Origin: Bacteroidota bacterium
Lineage (GTDB): Bacteria > Bacteroidota > Ignavibacteria > Kryptoniales > JAKASW01
Direction of reading: 5' to 3'
Assembly (NCBI GenBank): GCA_023381615.1
Contig: JAMCQL010000014.1
Location: 16,569-80,568 of the forward strand
DNA: 64,000 nt
The position numbers and the translations under genes are program-made. Shown here piece after piece: positions 28,665-37,623 of this stretch. The first letter of the stretch is position 1. Each line of letters starts with the position of its first letter. A model generated the notes under the pieces. It saw only the letters and a list, made by a program, of their open reading frames with translations. It was not told the DNA's origin and made no database searches.

Positions 28665-29747
28665 TTATTTAGGCAATTCAGAAACAGGGATGGGTTTCAC
28701 GTGGGCGACTTCCGGATTGTTGCTTGTTAATGCAACGCGCATAAATGCGACCAGAGCCTTGACCTCTTCCTTTGACAGCCCAAGCGGCACGATCAAGGGA
28801 TCAAGATTGGGATCATCATCGCCTCCACCTCTGTTGTAAAGATCAACCACTGTCTCAAGTGTTTTTTCTGAACCATCGTGCATGTAAGGTGGGCGCAGTC
28901 CTGCATCCCTTACAGTTGGGGTTTTAAATGCACCCATGTCTGCTGGATTATGCGTTACATCGTATCTGCCATTATCAACCTTTGATGGCCCTGTTTGCAC
29001 AACACCAAGATTATGGAATCTCCCATCACTGAAGTCGGGTCCCCAATGACATGCTGTGCAGTGTCCTTTGCCATTGAAGATTGCCATACCCTGTTTTTCA
29101 AGAGGTGTAAGAGCCTTTCTATCACCTCTAATGTACCTATCAAATGGTGAATCTGTTGTAACGACAGTGCGTTCAAATGCTGCAATAGCTTGCACAACCT
29201 GAGCTATTGTAATAGGCGTTGTCCCAAACACCTGCTTAAACTCTTCGACGTAACCTGGAATGCCATTAAGTGTTTCAACCACATTATCAAGTGTATTGCC
29301 CATCTCAACCGGATTTTGCATAGGACCTTCTGCCTGCTCTTCAAGACTGGCAGCTCTTCCATCCCAGAATTGCAGAGGGTTATATGCAGCATTTGAAACA
29401 GGTGGGGCTCTGCGAGGGCCTTTCTGTCCATGAATACCCGTGCTTGTTGGACCTGCATCGGACCAGCCCATAGCTGGGTCATGGCAAGTTTGACAGCTCA
29501 CCGTATTGTCTTTTGATAAACGGGTATCAAAGTAAAGCTGCTTGCCAAGCTGTACCTTCATGCTTGTTTGCGGGTTATCAGGCGGAACAGGAACCGGAGG
29601 GAGATTACCGATTCTCTGTGGACCAAGGGAATGCACATTAATAGTCGTAATATTCGGAAGAACTTGCTGCTTGGGACTCCCCTGTGCAATTAAACTTGAA
29701 GGAGCTATGAGTACCGCAAGCATCAGAAAATACTTTGCACGTTTCAT
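28665..29747 (-). CDS. di-haem cytochrome c peroxidase (CCP/MauG family)
   Basis: 360 aa with a signal peptide. Has CQTCHDP and CTACHWGP haem motifs, and PTVRDAGLRPPYMHDG. Confidence 0.85.
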   Translation of the reverse strand: MKRAKYFLMLAVLIAPSSLIAQGSPKQQVLPNITTINVHSLGPQRIGNLPPVPVPPDNPQTSMKVQLGKQLYFDTRLSKDNTVSCQTCHDPAMGWSDAGPTSTGIHGQKGPRRAPPVSNAAYNPLQFWDGRAASLEEQAEGPMQNPVEMGNTLDNVVETLNGIPGYVEEFKQVFGTTPITIAQVVQAIAAFERTVVTTDSPFDRYIRGDRKALTPLEKQGMAIFNGKGHCTACHWGPDFSDGRFHNLGVVQTGPSKVDNGRYDVTHNPADMGAFKTPTVRDAGLRPPYMHDGSEKTLETVVDLYNRGGGDDDPNLDPLIVPLGLSKEEVKALVAFMRVALTSNNPEVAHVKPIPVSELPK

Positions 29748-29823
29748 CGAAGCCTCCTATTTTAATGTTAGGCGAATTTAGATAGTAGTTTTGTAAAATG
29801 CAACTTGCAAAAAGTATTTTTGG

Positions 29824-29943
29824 GTAATCCGTCAGTGATGAGGGTAAGTTACAACCTTGCGAAGGTTCGAAACCATCGCAAGGTTCTATTCTCTCGGGAC
29901 GGCGAGGTGTCTTGTCCTAACCACACCGTCACTGACGGATTAC
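29824..29943. repeat. 120-nt element bounded by perfect 15-bp inverted repeats
   Basis: GTAATCCGTCAGTGA (29824..29838) pairs with TCACTGACGGATTAC (29929..29943). Inside lies the AACCTTGCGAAGGTT-CGA-AACCATCGCAAGGTT hairpin. Confidence 0.6.
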
Positions 29944-30017
29944 GAACGGCATGTTGAAGATTTTTGCAACTTCCGCCGCTAACTGTTAAATTTTCACGCA
30001 AAAAACCTTTTGAAAAG

Positions 30018-30995
30018 ATGAGAGCTTTAATCCCTGTCGCAGGGGTGGGAACACGTCTGCGTCCGCACACTTACACATTGCCGAAAGTCTTACTCAACGT
30101 CGGCGGCAAACCGATCGTCGGGCATATTGTAGATAAACTTTCCAACATTGGAATAAGAAATATTTCTGTTGTCGTCGGGTACATGGGAGATATGGTGGAA
30201 GAATATCTCCAAACCAATTACAAAGCAAATTTCAAATTCATTTATCAGGAAGAGAGACTCGGTCTCGGTCATGCAACTTATGTTGCGCTTTCCCAAGACG
30301 GCAATGACGAGCCGCTTCTTATCATTCTGGGCGATACCGTTTTTGACGTTGACCTTTCGCCGCTTTTGAAGAGTGAGTTTTCAAGTATCGGTGTTAAAAG
30401 GGTTGAAGACCCAAGAAGATTCGGCGTTGCCGAGACGGCGGGCGACAAAGTGACAAAGCTGATAGAGAAGCCCGATCATCCGACTTCAAACCTTGCCGTC
30501 GTTGGTTTGTATTATATAAAATCGCCGAAGAAACTTCTTGCGGCACTTCAGGAACTCATTGACAAGAACATAAAAACTAAAGGGGAGTATCAACTCACCG
30601 ACGCGCTTCAGATGATGCTAGATCGCGGCGAGGTGATAACATTTTTTGAGATCGATGGCTGGTACGATTGCGGCAAGCCCGAGACACTTCTTGCTACGAA
30701 TCGTTACTTATTGAAAAAGACCAAACATTTCAAGAAGCGCGATGACGTGGTTATCATCCCTCCCGTTTACATAGCCGACTCAGCGAAGATATCAAACTCA
30801 GTAATCGGTCCGAACGCAACAATCGATTCTGATGTAACAGTAGTCGACTCATTGATTCGTGATTCAATAATCGGCTCCGGCGCTTCAATACAGAACGCGC
30901 TTCTTGAGGGATCGATAGTCGGACAGAACGCACAACTTAAAGGAAGTTTCAAACGCGTCAACGCGGGCGATTCTACCGAGATAGACTTTTCATAA
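30018..30995 (+). CDS. sugar-1-phosphate nucleotidyltransferase with C-terminal left-handed beta-helix
   Basis: Starts MRALIPVAGVGTRLRP..LPKVLL and has hexapeptide-like repeats at the C-terminus. I chose the ATG at 30018. Confidence 0.8.
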   Translation: MRALIPVAGVGTRLRPHTYTLPKVLLNVGGKPIVGHIVDKLSNIGIRNISVVVGYMGDMVEEYLQTNYKANFKFIYQEERLGLGHATYVALSQDGNDEPLLIILGDTVFDVDLSPLLKSEFSSIGVKRVEDPRRFGVAETAGDKVTKLIEKPDHPTSNLAVVGLYYIKSPKKLLAALQELIDKNIKTKGEYQLTDALQMMLDRGEVITFFEIDGWYDCGKPETLLATNRYLLKKTKHFKKRDDVVIIPPVYIADSAKISNSVIGPNATIDSDVTVVDSLIRDSIIGSGASIQNALLEGSIVGQNAQLKGSFKRVNAGDSTEIDFS

Positions 30996-31013
30996 CAAAT
31001 TACTGGAGAAGAA

Positions 31014-32192
31014 ATGTACAAGCTATTCACATCGGAATCAGTCACTGAAGGGCATCCTGACAAGATTTGCGATCAGATTTCCGATGCAGTGCTAGATGCA
31101 CATTTAGCAATCGAACCAAACTCGAGGGTTGCCTGTGAAACGTACGTAACGACGGGACTCGTGGTTATTGGCGGCGAAGTAACAACCACCGAAAAAGCTA
31201 AGGCGAAGATAGATGTTGCCGACATTGCCCGCGGAGTCATAGAGCGAATCGGTTATACAGACAGTAGTTATAAGTTTGACGCGTACTCCTGTGGTGTTAT
31301 CAATGTCATGCACTCCCAATCAGGGGACATAAGTCGCGGCGTCGAGCGCGGCGGTGCGGGCGACCAGGGGATGATGTTCGGTTACGCCTGCTCGCAGACG
31401 GAAGAATACATGCCTCTTCCGATTGCACTTGCGCATAGAATTACTCGCAGACTTGCCGAAGTTAGAAAGATGAAAAATTCTCCCATGCCTTATCTGCGTC
31501 CTGATGGGAAGAGCCAGGTTACGATTGCCTACCACGATGGCGGCAAGGTAACGGTGGAGACGGTTGTTGTTTCGACTCAGCACGATCCCGAACCCAAGGG
31601 AAAGACCGAGAGTCAGTGGCAGAAAAAAATCTCCGATGATGTGAAGAAGTATATCGTAAAGAATGCCGTTTCAGAAAAGTGGCTTACGAAGGACACGAAA
31701 TATTACATCAACCCGACGGGAAGATTTGAGATCGGCGGTCCGCACGGAGACACGGGACTGACAGGCAGGAAGATTATCGTCGATACTTACGGCGGATATG
31801 CTCCACACGGCGGCGGCTCATTTTCCGGAAAAGATCCGTCCAAAGTCGACCGAAGTGCCGCCTATGCCGCGCGTTATCTTGCAAAAAACATCGTCGCTGC
31901 AGGTTTGGCAGATGAGTGCATGATCCAACTTGCATACGCGATCGGAGTTGCAAAACCGGTTTCGGTTTTGGTCGACACCCGCGGAACTTCAAAGTTCTCT
32001 TCTGATTCCGATCTGGCAAAGACGGTGAGCAAAGTTATGGATCTCACTCCGGGTGGTATCACAAAGCATCTCAATCTTCGCCGGCCAATCTTCGAGAAGA
32101 CCGCTGCTTACGGACATTTCGGCAGAGATGACAAGGATTTCACCTGGGAAAAACTGGACCTTGTGAAAACTCTGCAGAGTGAAGTGAAATAA
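31014..32192 (+). CDS. metK: S-adenosylmethionine synthetase
   Basis: Has [32 protein letters not shown] and [16 protein letters not shown]. Confidence 0.97.
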   Translation: MYKLFTSESVTEGHPDKICDQISDAVLDAHLAIEPNSRVACETYVTTGLVVIGGEVTTTEKAKAKIDVADIARGVIERIGYTDSSYKFDAYSCGVINVMHSQSGDISRGVERGGAGDQGMMFGYACSQTEEYMPLPIALAHRITRRLAEVRKMKNSPMPYLRPDGKSQVTIAYHDGGKVTVETVVVSTQHDPEPKGKTESQWQKKISDDVKKYIVKNAVSEKWLTKDTKYYINPTGRFEIGGPHGDTGLTGRKIIVDTYGGYAPHGGGSFSGKDPSKVDRSAAYAARYLAKNIVAAGLADECMIQLAYAIGVAKPVSVLVDTRGTSKFSSDSDLAKTVSKVMDLTPGGITKHLNLRRPIFEKTAAYGHFGRDDKDFTWEKLDLVKTLQSEVK

Positions 32193-32241
32193 TTCTAGTT
32201 TAAATTGTCAATCTCAATTAATTCTTTGGAGAAGTTTCTAG

Positions 32242-33522
32242 ATGAATGAAGTAAAAGGATTATACAAAGTGCGGGACATTTCTCTCGCTGATGAAGGCAA
32301 GAAAAGGATCGCATGGGCGGAATCGAGAATGCCTGTGTTAATGGCGTTAAAAGAAAAATACAGCGCATCAAAACCGTTCAAGGGTTACAAGATCGCCGGA
32401 TGCCTTCATGTTACAAAGGAGACGGCTGTTCTTGTGAAGACGTTTGCTGCTTGCGGCGCGCAGGTAAGCTGGAGCGGATGCAACCCGCTTTCGACTCAGG
32501 ACTCGGTTGCCGCGGCACTCGCCTCCGAAGACATTTCAATCTTCGCATGGCACGGAATGTCAGTGAAGGAATTTTACTGGGCAATCGACGAAACGATAAA
32601 GATGAAGCCGAATCTGACGCTCGATGACGGCGCAGATTTGATTTTCACTTTGCACAAGAAATATCCCGAGCTTGCCGAAAGCACGATCATCGGCGGGACG
32701 GAAGAGACAACGACAGGTGTTCACAGGCTCCGCGCGATGGCAGACGACGGTGCGTTGAAGTATCCGGTCATTGCAGTGAACGACGCTGAGACGAAATGGG
32801 ATTTTGACAACGTTTACGGAACGGGGCAATCGACGCTCGATGGAATCCTGCGTGCGACAAGCGTGCTCCTCGCGGGAAAAAACATCGTCGTTGCCGGTTT
32901 CGGCCACTGCGGCAAAGGCGTTGCGATGCGCGCAAAGGGACTCGGCGCGAACGTTATAGTCACTGAAGTGAAACCGACAGCTGCTCTCAAAGCAACTCTC
33001 GAAGGATTCAGAGTCATGACGATGGACGAAGCGGCAAAGGTCGGAGACATTTTTGTGACGGCAACCGGCGTGAAAGATATTGTGGTCGACCGGCACTTTG
33101 AAAAGCTCAAAGACGGAGCGATCGTCTGCAATACCGGACACTACGATTGCGAGCTTAACCTCGATCATCTGAAAAACATCACGAAGAAGGTTCAGGAGAT
33201 CCGGCCGAACAACGAGGAGTATCTTCTGAAAGATGGCAGGCGCATCTACGTGTTGGCGCAGGGAAGGCTTGTCAACCTCGCCGCGGCAGAAGGACATCCT
33301 TCCGAAGTGATGGACATGTCGTTCGCGAATCAATTTATGTCGCAGCTTAAACTTGCCGAGCTTTACAGGAAGGGCAAGAAGCTTGACAATAAAGTCCACG
33401 ATATTCCCGCTGAGCAGGACCAGGAAATCGCAAGGGTGAAATTGAAAACGATGGGAATCAAGATCGACAAGTTGACTCCGGAGCAGGTGAAGTATCAGAC
33501 CGATTATAGCTCCGGAACGTAA
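32242..33522 (+). CDS. ahcY: adenosylhomocysteinase
   Basis: 426 aa. Has CLHVTKETAVL, DDGADL, VAGFGHCGKGVA and GRLVNLAAAEGHPSEVMD. Confidence 0.95.
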   Translation: MNEVKGLYKVRDISLADEGKKRIAWAESRMPVLMALKEKYSASKPFKGYKIAGCLHVTKETAVLVKTFAACGAQVSWSGCNPLSTQDSVAAALASEDISIFAWHGMSVKEFYWAIDETIKMKPNLTLDDGADLIFTLHKKYPELAESTIIGGTEETTTGVHRLRAMADDGALKYPVIAVNDAETKWDFDNVYGTGQSTLDGILRATSVLLAGKNIVVAGFGHCGKGVAMRAKGLGANVIVTEVKPTAALKATLEGFRVMTMDEAAKVGDIFVTATGVKDIVVDRHFEKLKDGAIVCNTGHYDCELNLDHLKNITKKVQEIRPNNEEYLLKDGRRIYVLAQGRLVNLAAAEGHPSEVMDMSFANQFMSQLKLAELYRKGKKLDNKVHDIPAEQDQEIARVKLKTMGIKIDKLTPEQVKYQTDYSSGT

Positions 33523-33537
33523 AACCATACTCTGGCT

Positions 33538-33579
33538 AACCTTGTCAAGGTTGAAAACGCTCTTAACCTTGACAAGGTT
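33538..33579. repeat. REP-like palindrome pair (CCTTGWCAAGG family), probable ahcY terminator
   Basis: AACCTTGTCAAGGTT-GAAAACGCTCTT-AACCTTGACAAGGTT, then TTTG, 16 nt after the ahcY stop. Confidence 0.7.
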
Positions 33580-33686
33580 TTGAATGAGGCTGTTCCTGTA
33601 TGCGGGACAGTCTATTGCTTTTAAAGCGTCTTCCAAGACTTGCTCTCGGGAGACGATAGTCTTTAACACTTTGTCAGGGAGGCAAA

Positions 33687-35018
33687 ATGAAAACTTTATT
33701 TGTGTTATTCTCGGTTCTTTTTTTCGCGGAGGTTTCATTAGCTCAGATGGACGAGAATTGGATCAAACAGGCGGCTGTTGATCGGCTTCTTCGGTACGTC
33801 AAGATCGACACGCAATCTAAGGAAGAAGTAGATCGTGTGCCAAGCACGGAAAAGCAATTCGATCTTGCACGGATACTTTTGAAGGAGCTGCAGGACATTG
33901 GGCTGAAAGATGCACGGCTTGACGAAGAGTACTGCTATGTCTATGCGACTTTACCTTCAAATCTTTCCGAGGAGGAAGCTGCGAAGGTCCCCGTGATTGG
34001 GTTCATAGCGCATGTAGATGCCTCGCCTTCGGTCAGCGATGCTAACGTGAATCCTATCATTCACAAAAACTATCAGGGTGGAGACATCGTCCTTCCGAAC
34101 GACACAACGCAAGTAATCACCGTGAAGAACAATCCGAACCTCCTGAACAACATAGGCAGTGATATTATTACCACCGACGGGACGACTTTGCTTGCGGCAG
34201 ACGATAAGGCCGGTATTGCCGAAATCATGACCGCTGTAGAGTACCTGCTGAAACATCCTCAGATAAAACACGGGACGATCAAGATAGCATTTACTCCTGA
34301 TGAGGAAGTCGGACACGGACCGAAGTATTTCGATGTCAAAGGATGGGGCGCAAAGTACGCTTATACGATTGACGGCGGCCAGCGCGGTGAACTTAGTGAT
34401 GAAACATTTAATGCTAATACTGCCATAGTGACTTTCAACGGCAAGAATACGCATCCTGGTTACGCGAAAGGGATCATGGTAAATTCGTTATATGCGGCGT
34501 CTTATTTCATCTCATTATTTCCGGAGAATATGAAACCTGAGACAACATCCGGCAGAGAAGGTTATCTTCATCCGTACGATCTTACCGGCAATGAGGAGCA
34601 GACTCGTCTGAAGATTCTTATCCGCGATTTCGAAATGAGCGGAATGGAAGCTAAGGCGAAGATACTTGAGAATATGAAAGAGAAAACCCTCGGGGAGTTT
34701 CCAAAGGTCAAGATAGACTTAAACATCACCGAAAGTTATCGCAACATGAACTCGATCCTCAGCAAATATTCTGAGGTCACGAAGTTTGCGGAAGAGGCAA
34801 TGAAACAGGCGGATGTTAGGCCGGTCAATCTGCCGATACGGGGTGGAACCGACGGTTCGAAGTTGACATTCATGGGATTGCCGACTCCTAATATTTTTGC
34901 GGGAGAGGAGAATCCGCACGGAAAGCAGGAATGGGTCTCCGATAAGTCGATGGTGAAGGCCGTAGAGACTATCGTGAACCTCTCAAACATCTGGGCGGAA
35001 AAAGATGCCGGGAAATAA
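33687..35018 (+). CDS. pepT: peptidase T (M20B tripeptide aminopeptidase)
   Basis: 443 aa with a signal-like N-terminus. Has VKIDTQS, GFIAHVDASP, DDKAGIAEIM and FTPDEEVGHG. Confidence 0.85.
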   Translation: MKTLFVLFSVLFFAEVSLAQMDENWIKQAAVDRLLRYVKIDTQSKEEVDRVPSTEKQFDLARILLKELQDIGLKDARLDEEYCYVYATLPSNLSEEEAAKVPVIGFIAHVDASPSVSDANVNPIIHKNYQGGDIVLPNDTTQVITVKNNPNLLNNIGSDIITTDGTTLLAADDKAGIAEIMTAVEYLLKHPQIKHGTIKIAFTPDEEVGHGPKYFDVKGWGAKYAYTIDGGQRGELSDETFNANTAIVTFNGKNTHPGYAKGIMVNSLYAASYFISLFPENMKPETTSGREGYLHPYDLTGNEEQTRLKILIRDFEMSGMEAKAKILENMKEKTLGEFPKVKIDLNITESYRNMNSILSKYSEVTKFAEEAMKQADVRPVNLPIRGGTDGSKLTFMGLPTPNIFAGEENPHGKQEWVSDKSMVKAVETIVNLSNIWAEKDAGK

Positions 35019-35022
35019 TGCT

Positions 35023-35133
35023 AACCTTGACAAGGTTGAAAAGCTTCTTACCTTGACAAGGTTCGTCAAGCAATGCTGCCTGTCTCTGCCGCCACCAACC
35101 TTGTCAATGGTAAGAAGAAACCTTGACAAGGTT
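35023..35133. repeat. cluster of four REP-like palindromes (CCTTGWCAAGG family)
   Basis: AACCTTGACAAGGTT (35023), ACCTTGACAAGGTT (35050), AACCTTGTCAATGGT (35097) and AACCTTGACAAGGTT (35119). The first pair has the same GAAAAnnnTCTT spacer as 33538..33579. Confidence 0.75.
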
Positions 35134-35146
35134 TATAGAAGAACAA

Positions 35147-35965
35147 ATGGACATAACCCAAATCGATTCATTATCGCTACCTGAGCTTAAACCTTACCGT
35201 ACAATGCGGCGAACGCTGGAGCATCGCGCGAAAGGAATTTTCGTTGCGGAAAGTGAGAAGGTTGTCCGGCGTCTTCTCGAGAGCGACCTGAAAGTTGTGT
35301 CGATCCTCCTGACGAGAGGGTGGCTTAATATTTATGAAAATTTGCTTGAGAACAGGCAAATTGAAAACGGAATTTTTGTAGGCGAGAAAAGTTTGCTTGA
35401 GCAAATTGTCGGCTGCGGTTTGCATCAGGGGATAATGGCAATCGGAAGAGTGCCGGCATCAGTTGCTATTTTTGATTTACTGAATAAATTTCCCAATCCC
35501 CGCTTGCTTGTTGCATCGGATGGAATAGCGAACTCGGAAAACATGGGGGTAATTGTCAGGAACTGTGCCGCGTTTGGCGTGCAAGCGCTTATCGCCGGTG
35601 AGACTTCATGCGATCCGTATTTGCGGCGCTCCGTCAGGAATTCCATGGGAACGATTTTTAAATTGCCAATCGCTAGCGCAGAGAAGCTTTCGATTGTCCT
35701 AAAGAGATTGCGGGACGAATTTTCATTTCAAATTGTTGCGGCACATCCACAGAGTGGTTCGAAGGACATTGCGGATGCTGATTTTAGTAAAGATATTTGC
35801 ATCGTTTTTGGAGGCGAAGGTAAGGGGATTTCGGAAGAAATTCTGGATGAATGCAGCATTCGCGTCAGAATTCCGATGCAGAACGATGTTGATTCAATAA
35901 ATGTGGCGAGTTCGGTTGGCGTAGTTTTGTACGAGACAATTCGTCAACGGGGAATGGGCGTTTGA
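35147..35965 (+). CDS. TrmH/SpoU-family RNA 2'-O-methyltransferase
   Basis: Has NSENMGVIVRNCAAFG and the C-terminal SINVASSVGVVLYE knot motif. I chose the ATG at 35147 because the listed start at 35123 lies inside the repeat cluster. Confidence 0.75.
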   Translation: MDITQIDSLSLPELKPYRTMRRTLEHRAKGIFVAESEKVVRRLLESDLKVVSILLTRGWLNIYENLLENRQIENGIFVGEKSLLEQIVGCGLHQGIMAIGRVPASVAIFDLLNKFPNPRLLVASDGIANSENMGVIVRNCAAFGVQALIAGETSCDPYLRRSVRNSMGTIFKLPIASAEKLSIVLKRLRDEFSFQIVAAHPQSGSKDIADADFSKDICIVFGGEGKGISEEILDECSIRVRIPMQNDVDSINVASSVGVVLYETIRQRGMGV

Positions 35966-36082
35966 TGATTGATGCGGAAAGTTGAAATTGCCGGCCGATG
36001 TCTTTGCAATTCAGTGAAAGATTTACAGAGTGTTGCGTCATGGCACCATTGTAAATAGATTATACGTGAGAGGTGATAAAAT

Positions 36083-36340
36083 ATGTGCTTAGGAGTTCCA
36101 GGAAAAGTTGTTCGAATTGACGAGAATCCGCTCGGGATGACAATGGGAAAGGTGAACTTCGGCGGGATATCAAAAGATGTTTGCCTTGCTTATGTGCCTG
36201 AGGCGAAGGTCGGGGACTACGTCATCGTTCACGTCGGCTTTGCAATAAGTAAGCTCGACGAAAATGAGGCAAAGCAGGTTTTTGAATATCTTGAGCAGAT
36301 GGGAGACCTGAAGGAAATAAAAGGCTCCGGGCAGACTTAA
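36083..36340 (+). CDS. hypC: hydrogenase maturation chaperone HypC
   Basis: Starts MCLGVPGKVV and has GDYVIVHVGFA. Confidence 0.9.
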   Translation: MCLGVPGKVVRIDENPLGMTMGKVNFGGISKDVCLAYVPEAKVGDYVIVHVGFAISKLDENEAKQVFEYLEQMGDLKEIKGSGQT

Positions 36341-36455
36341 TAGTATGTCGCCTGTAAATGCCCGAGATTTGATTTTTAGATCCGAGGAATTTCTTCCCGC
36401 GTGGTTCGTTGGAGAGGTCGTTCTGTCGTTGTGGATGGAATCGGAGAATTAGAGT

Positions 36456-36818
36456 ATGCACGAACTTTCAATAGCTGAGAGCATCGTCGATATAGTCAGA
36501 GAAAATCTTGCCGCCAATGGCTCGGGCGCAGTAAAGAGCGTAAGAGTCAGAGTCGGCGAACTTGCGGGCGTCGTTCCTGATTCGCTGGATTTTTGTTTCA
36601 TTGCAATCACTAACGGAACTCCGCTCGAGGGCGCCAAGCTTGAAATTGAGAAGACGAATATCGTGGCGCATTGTCAGGATTGCGGAGTTGATTCAAAAGT
36701 TGAAGGACTTGTGTTCCAATGTCCCGTATGCACGAGTACAAATATTCAAGTTGTTTCAGGAAATGAATTGCAAGTCGTCGAGATCGAAATCGACGATGAA
36801 AAGATAATAGACCACTGA
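36456..36818 (+). CDS. hypA: hydrogenase nickel-insertion protein HypA
   Basis: Starts MHELSIAESIV and has the CQDCG...CPVC zinc motif. Confidence 0.9.
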   Translation: MHELSIAESIVDIVRENLAANGSGAVKSVRVRVGELAGVVPDSLDFCFIAITNGTPLEGAKLEIEKTNIVAHCQDCGVDSKVEGLVFQCPVCTSTNIQVVSGNELQVVEIEIDDEKIIDH

Positions 36819-36820
36819 TA

Positions 36821-36905
36821 ACACGGATGACACTGATTTACACAGATAAAATGAATGAGGATGAAACAATCCGTGAAGATCCGTGTAATCAGTGTAATCT
36901 GTGTG
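36821..36905. repeat. opposed 9-bp tandem arrays (ACACNGATN x3 facing ATCNGTGTA x3-4) in the hypA-hypB spacer
   Basis: ACACGGATG ACACTGATT TACACAGAT occupies 36821..36847. ATCCGTGAAG ATCCGTGTA ATCAGTGTA ATCTGTGTG occupies 36869..36905. The arrays are mutually complementary. Confidence 0.6.
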
Positions 36906-36957
36906 CTATCATTTCTTACCAGTATTGTTCCCGATTGTCTGTATTAGGAGAGTCGAA

Positions 36958-37623
36958 ATGAGTGTCGTAACGATTGAACGAAAAGTTTTGCAGAAGAACG
37001 ACGAGTTAGCACAGCAAAACAGGTCTCTTTTTGCACAAAATGGCGTCTTTGTGATAAATCTCGTCAGTTCGCCCGGTTCCGGAAAGACAAGCCTTCTTGA
37101 GAGAACGCTCGATCATTTGAATGGCAAGATCAATGTTGCCGTCGTCGAGGGGGATGTGCAGACGGATTTGGATGCTCAGCGAGTTGCGAAGTTTGGTGTG
37201 CCGGTCGTCCAGATCGTAACAAACGGCGCTTGCCACCTTGAGGCAAAGCTCGTTCAGGATGCAATCGCGAACATCGATTTGAAAGGTGTCGAGCTGCTTG
37301 TTATAGAGAACGTGGGCAATCTCGTTTGTCCGGCAGGATACGATCTCGGCGAGGCGATGAAAGTCGTCATCGCAAGCACGACTGAAGGGGACGACAAGCC
37401 GTTGAAATATCCGGCGATGTTCCGCAACGCTTCGGTCTTGATCATAAATAAGATCGATCTTGTCCCGTATGTAAACTGCAATCTTGAAGTCCTTAAGAAA
37501 AATGCTTTCCAGATCAATCCGAACCTGACAGTCTTCGAGACTTCGTGCACCATCCCGACAGGTGTCGGGACCGGTATTGTGGAGTGGTCGAACTGGCTTT
37601 TGAATAAAACCAGAAACTCTTGA
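36958..37623 (+). CDS. hypB: hydrogenase nickel-incorporation GTPase HypB
   Basis: Has SSPGSGKTSLL (P-loop), ENVGNLVCP and INKIDL. The ATG at 36958 follows AGGAGAG. Confidence 0.9.
   Translation: MSVVTIERKVLQKNDELAQQNRSLFAQNGVFVINLVSSPGSGKTSLLERTLDHLNGKINVAVVEGDVQTDLDAQRVAKFGVPVVQIVTNGACHLEAKLVQDAIANIDLKGVELLVIENVGNLVCPAGYDLGEAMKVVIASTTEGDDKPLKYPAMFRNASVLIINKIDLVPYVNCNLEVLKKNAFQINPNLTVFETSCTIPTGVGTGIVEWSNWLLNKTRNS

Noticed and set aside
29861-29880. tRNA T-arm-like GGTTCGAAACC
   Set aside because: I could not build an acceptor stem, D-arm or anticodon arm around it. It is the loop region of the REP-like hairpin.
32560-33738. 392-aa ORF antisense to ahcY
   Set aside because: The plus strand encodes a full-length, motif-perfect adenosylhomocysteinase. 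The antisense ORF is an Arg/Leu/Ser-rich shadow with no recognisable motifs.
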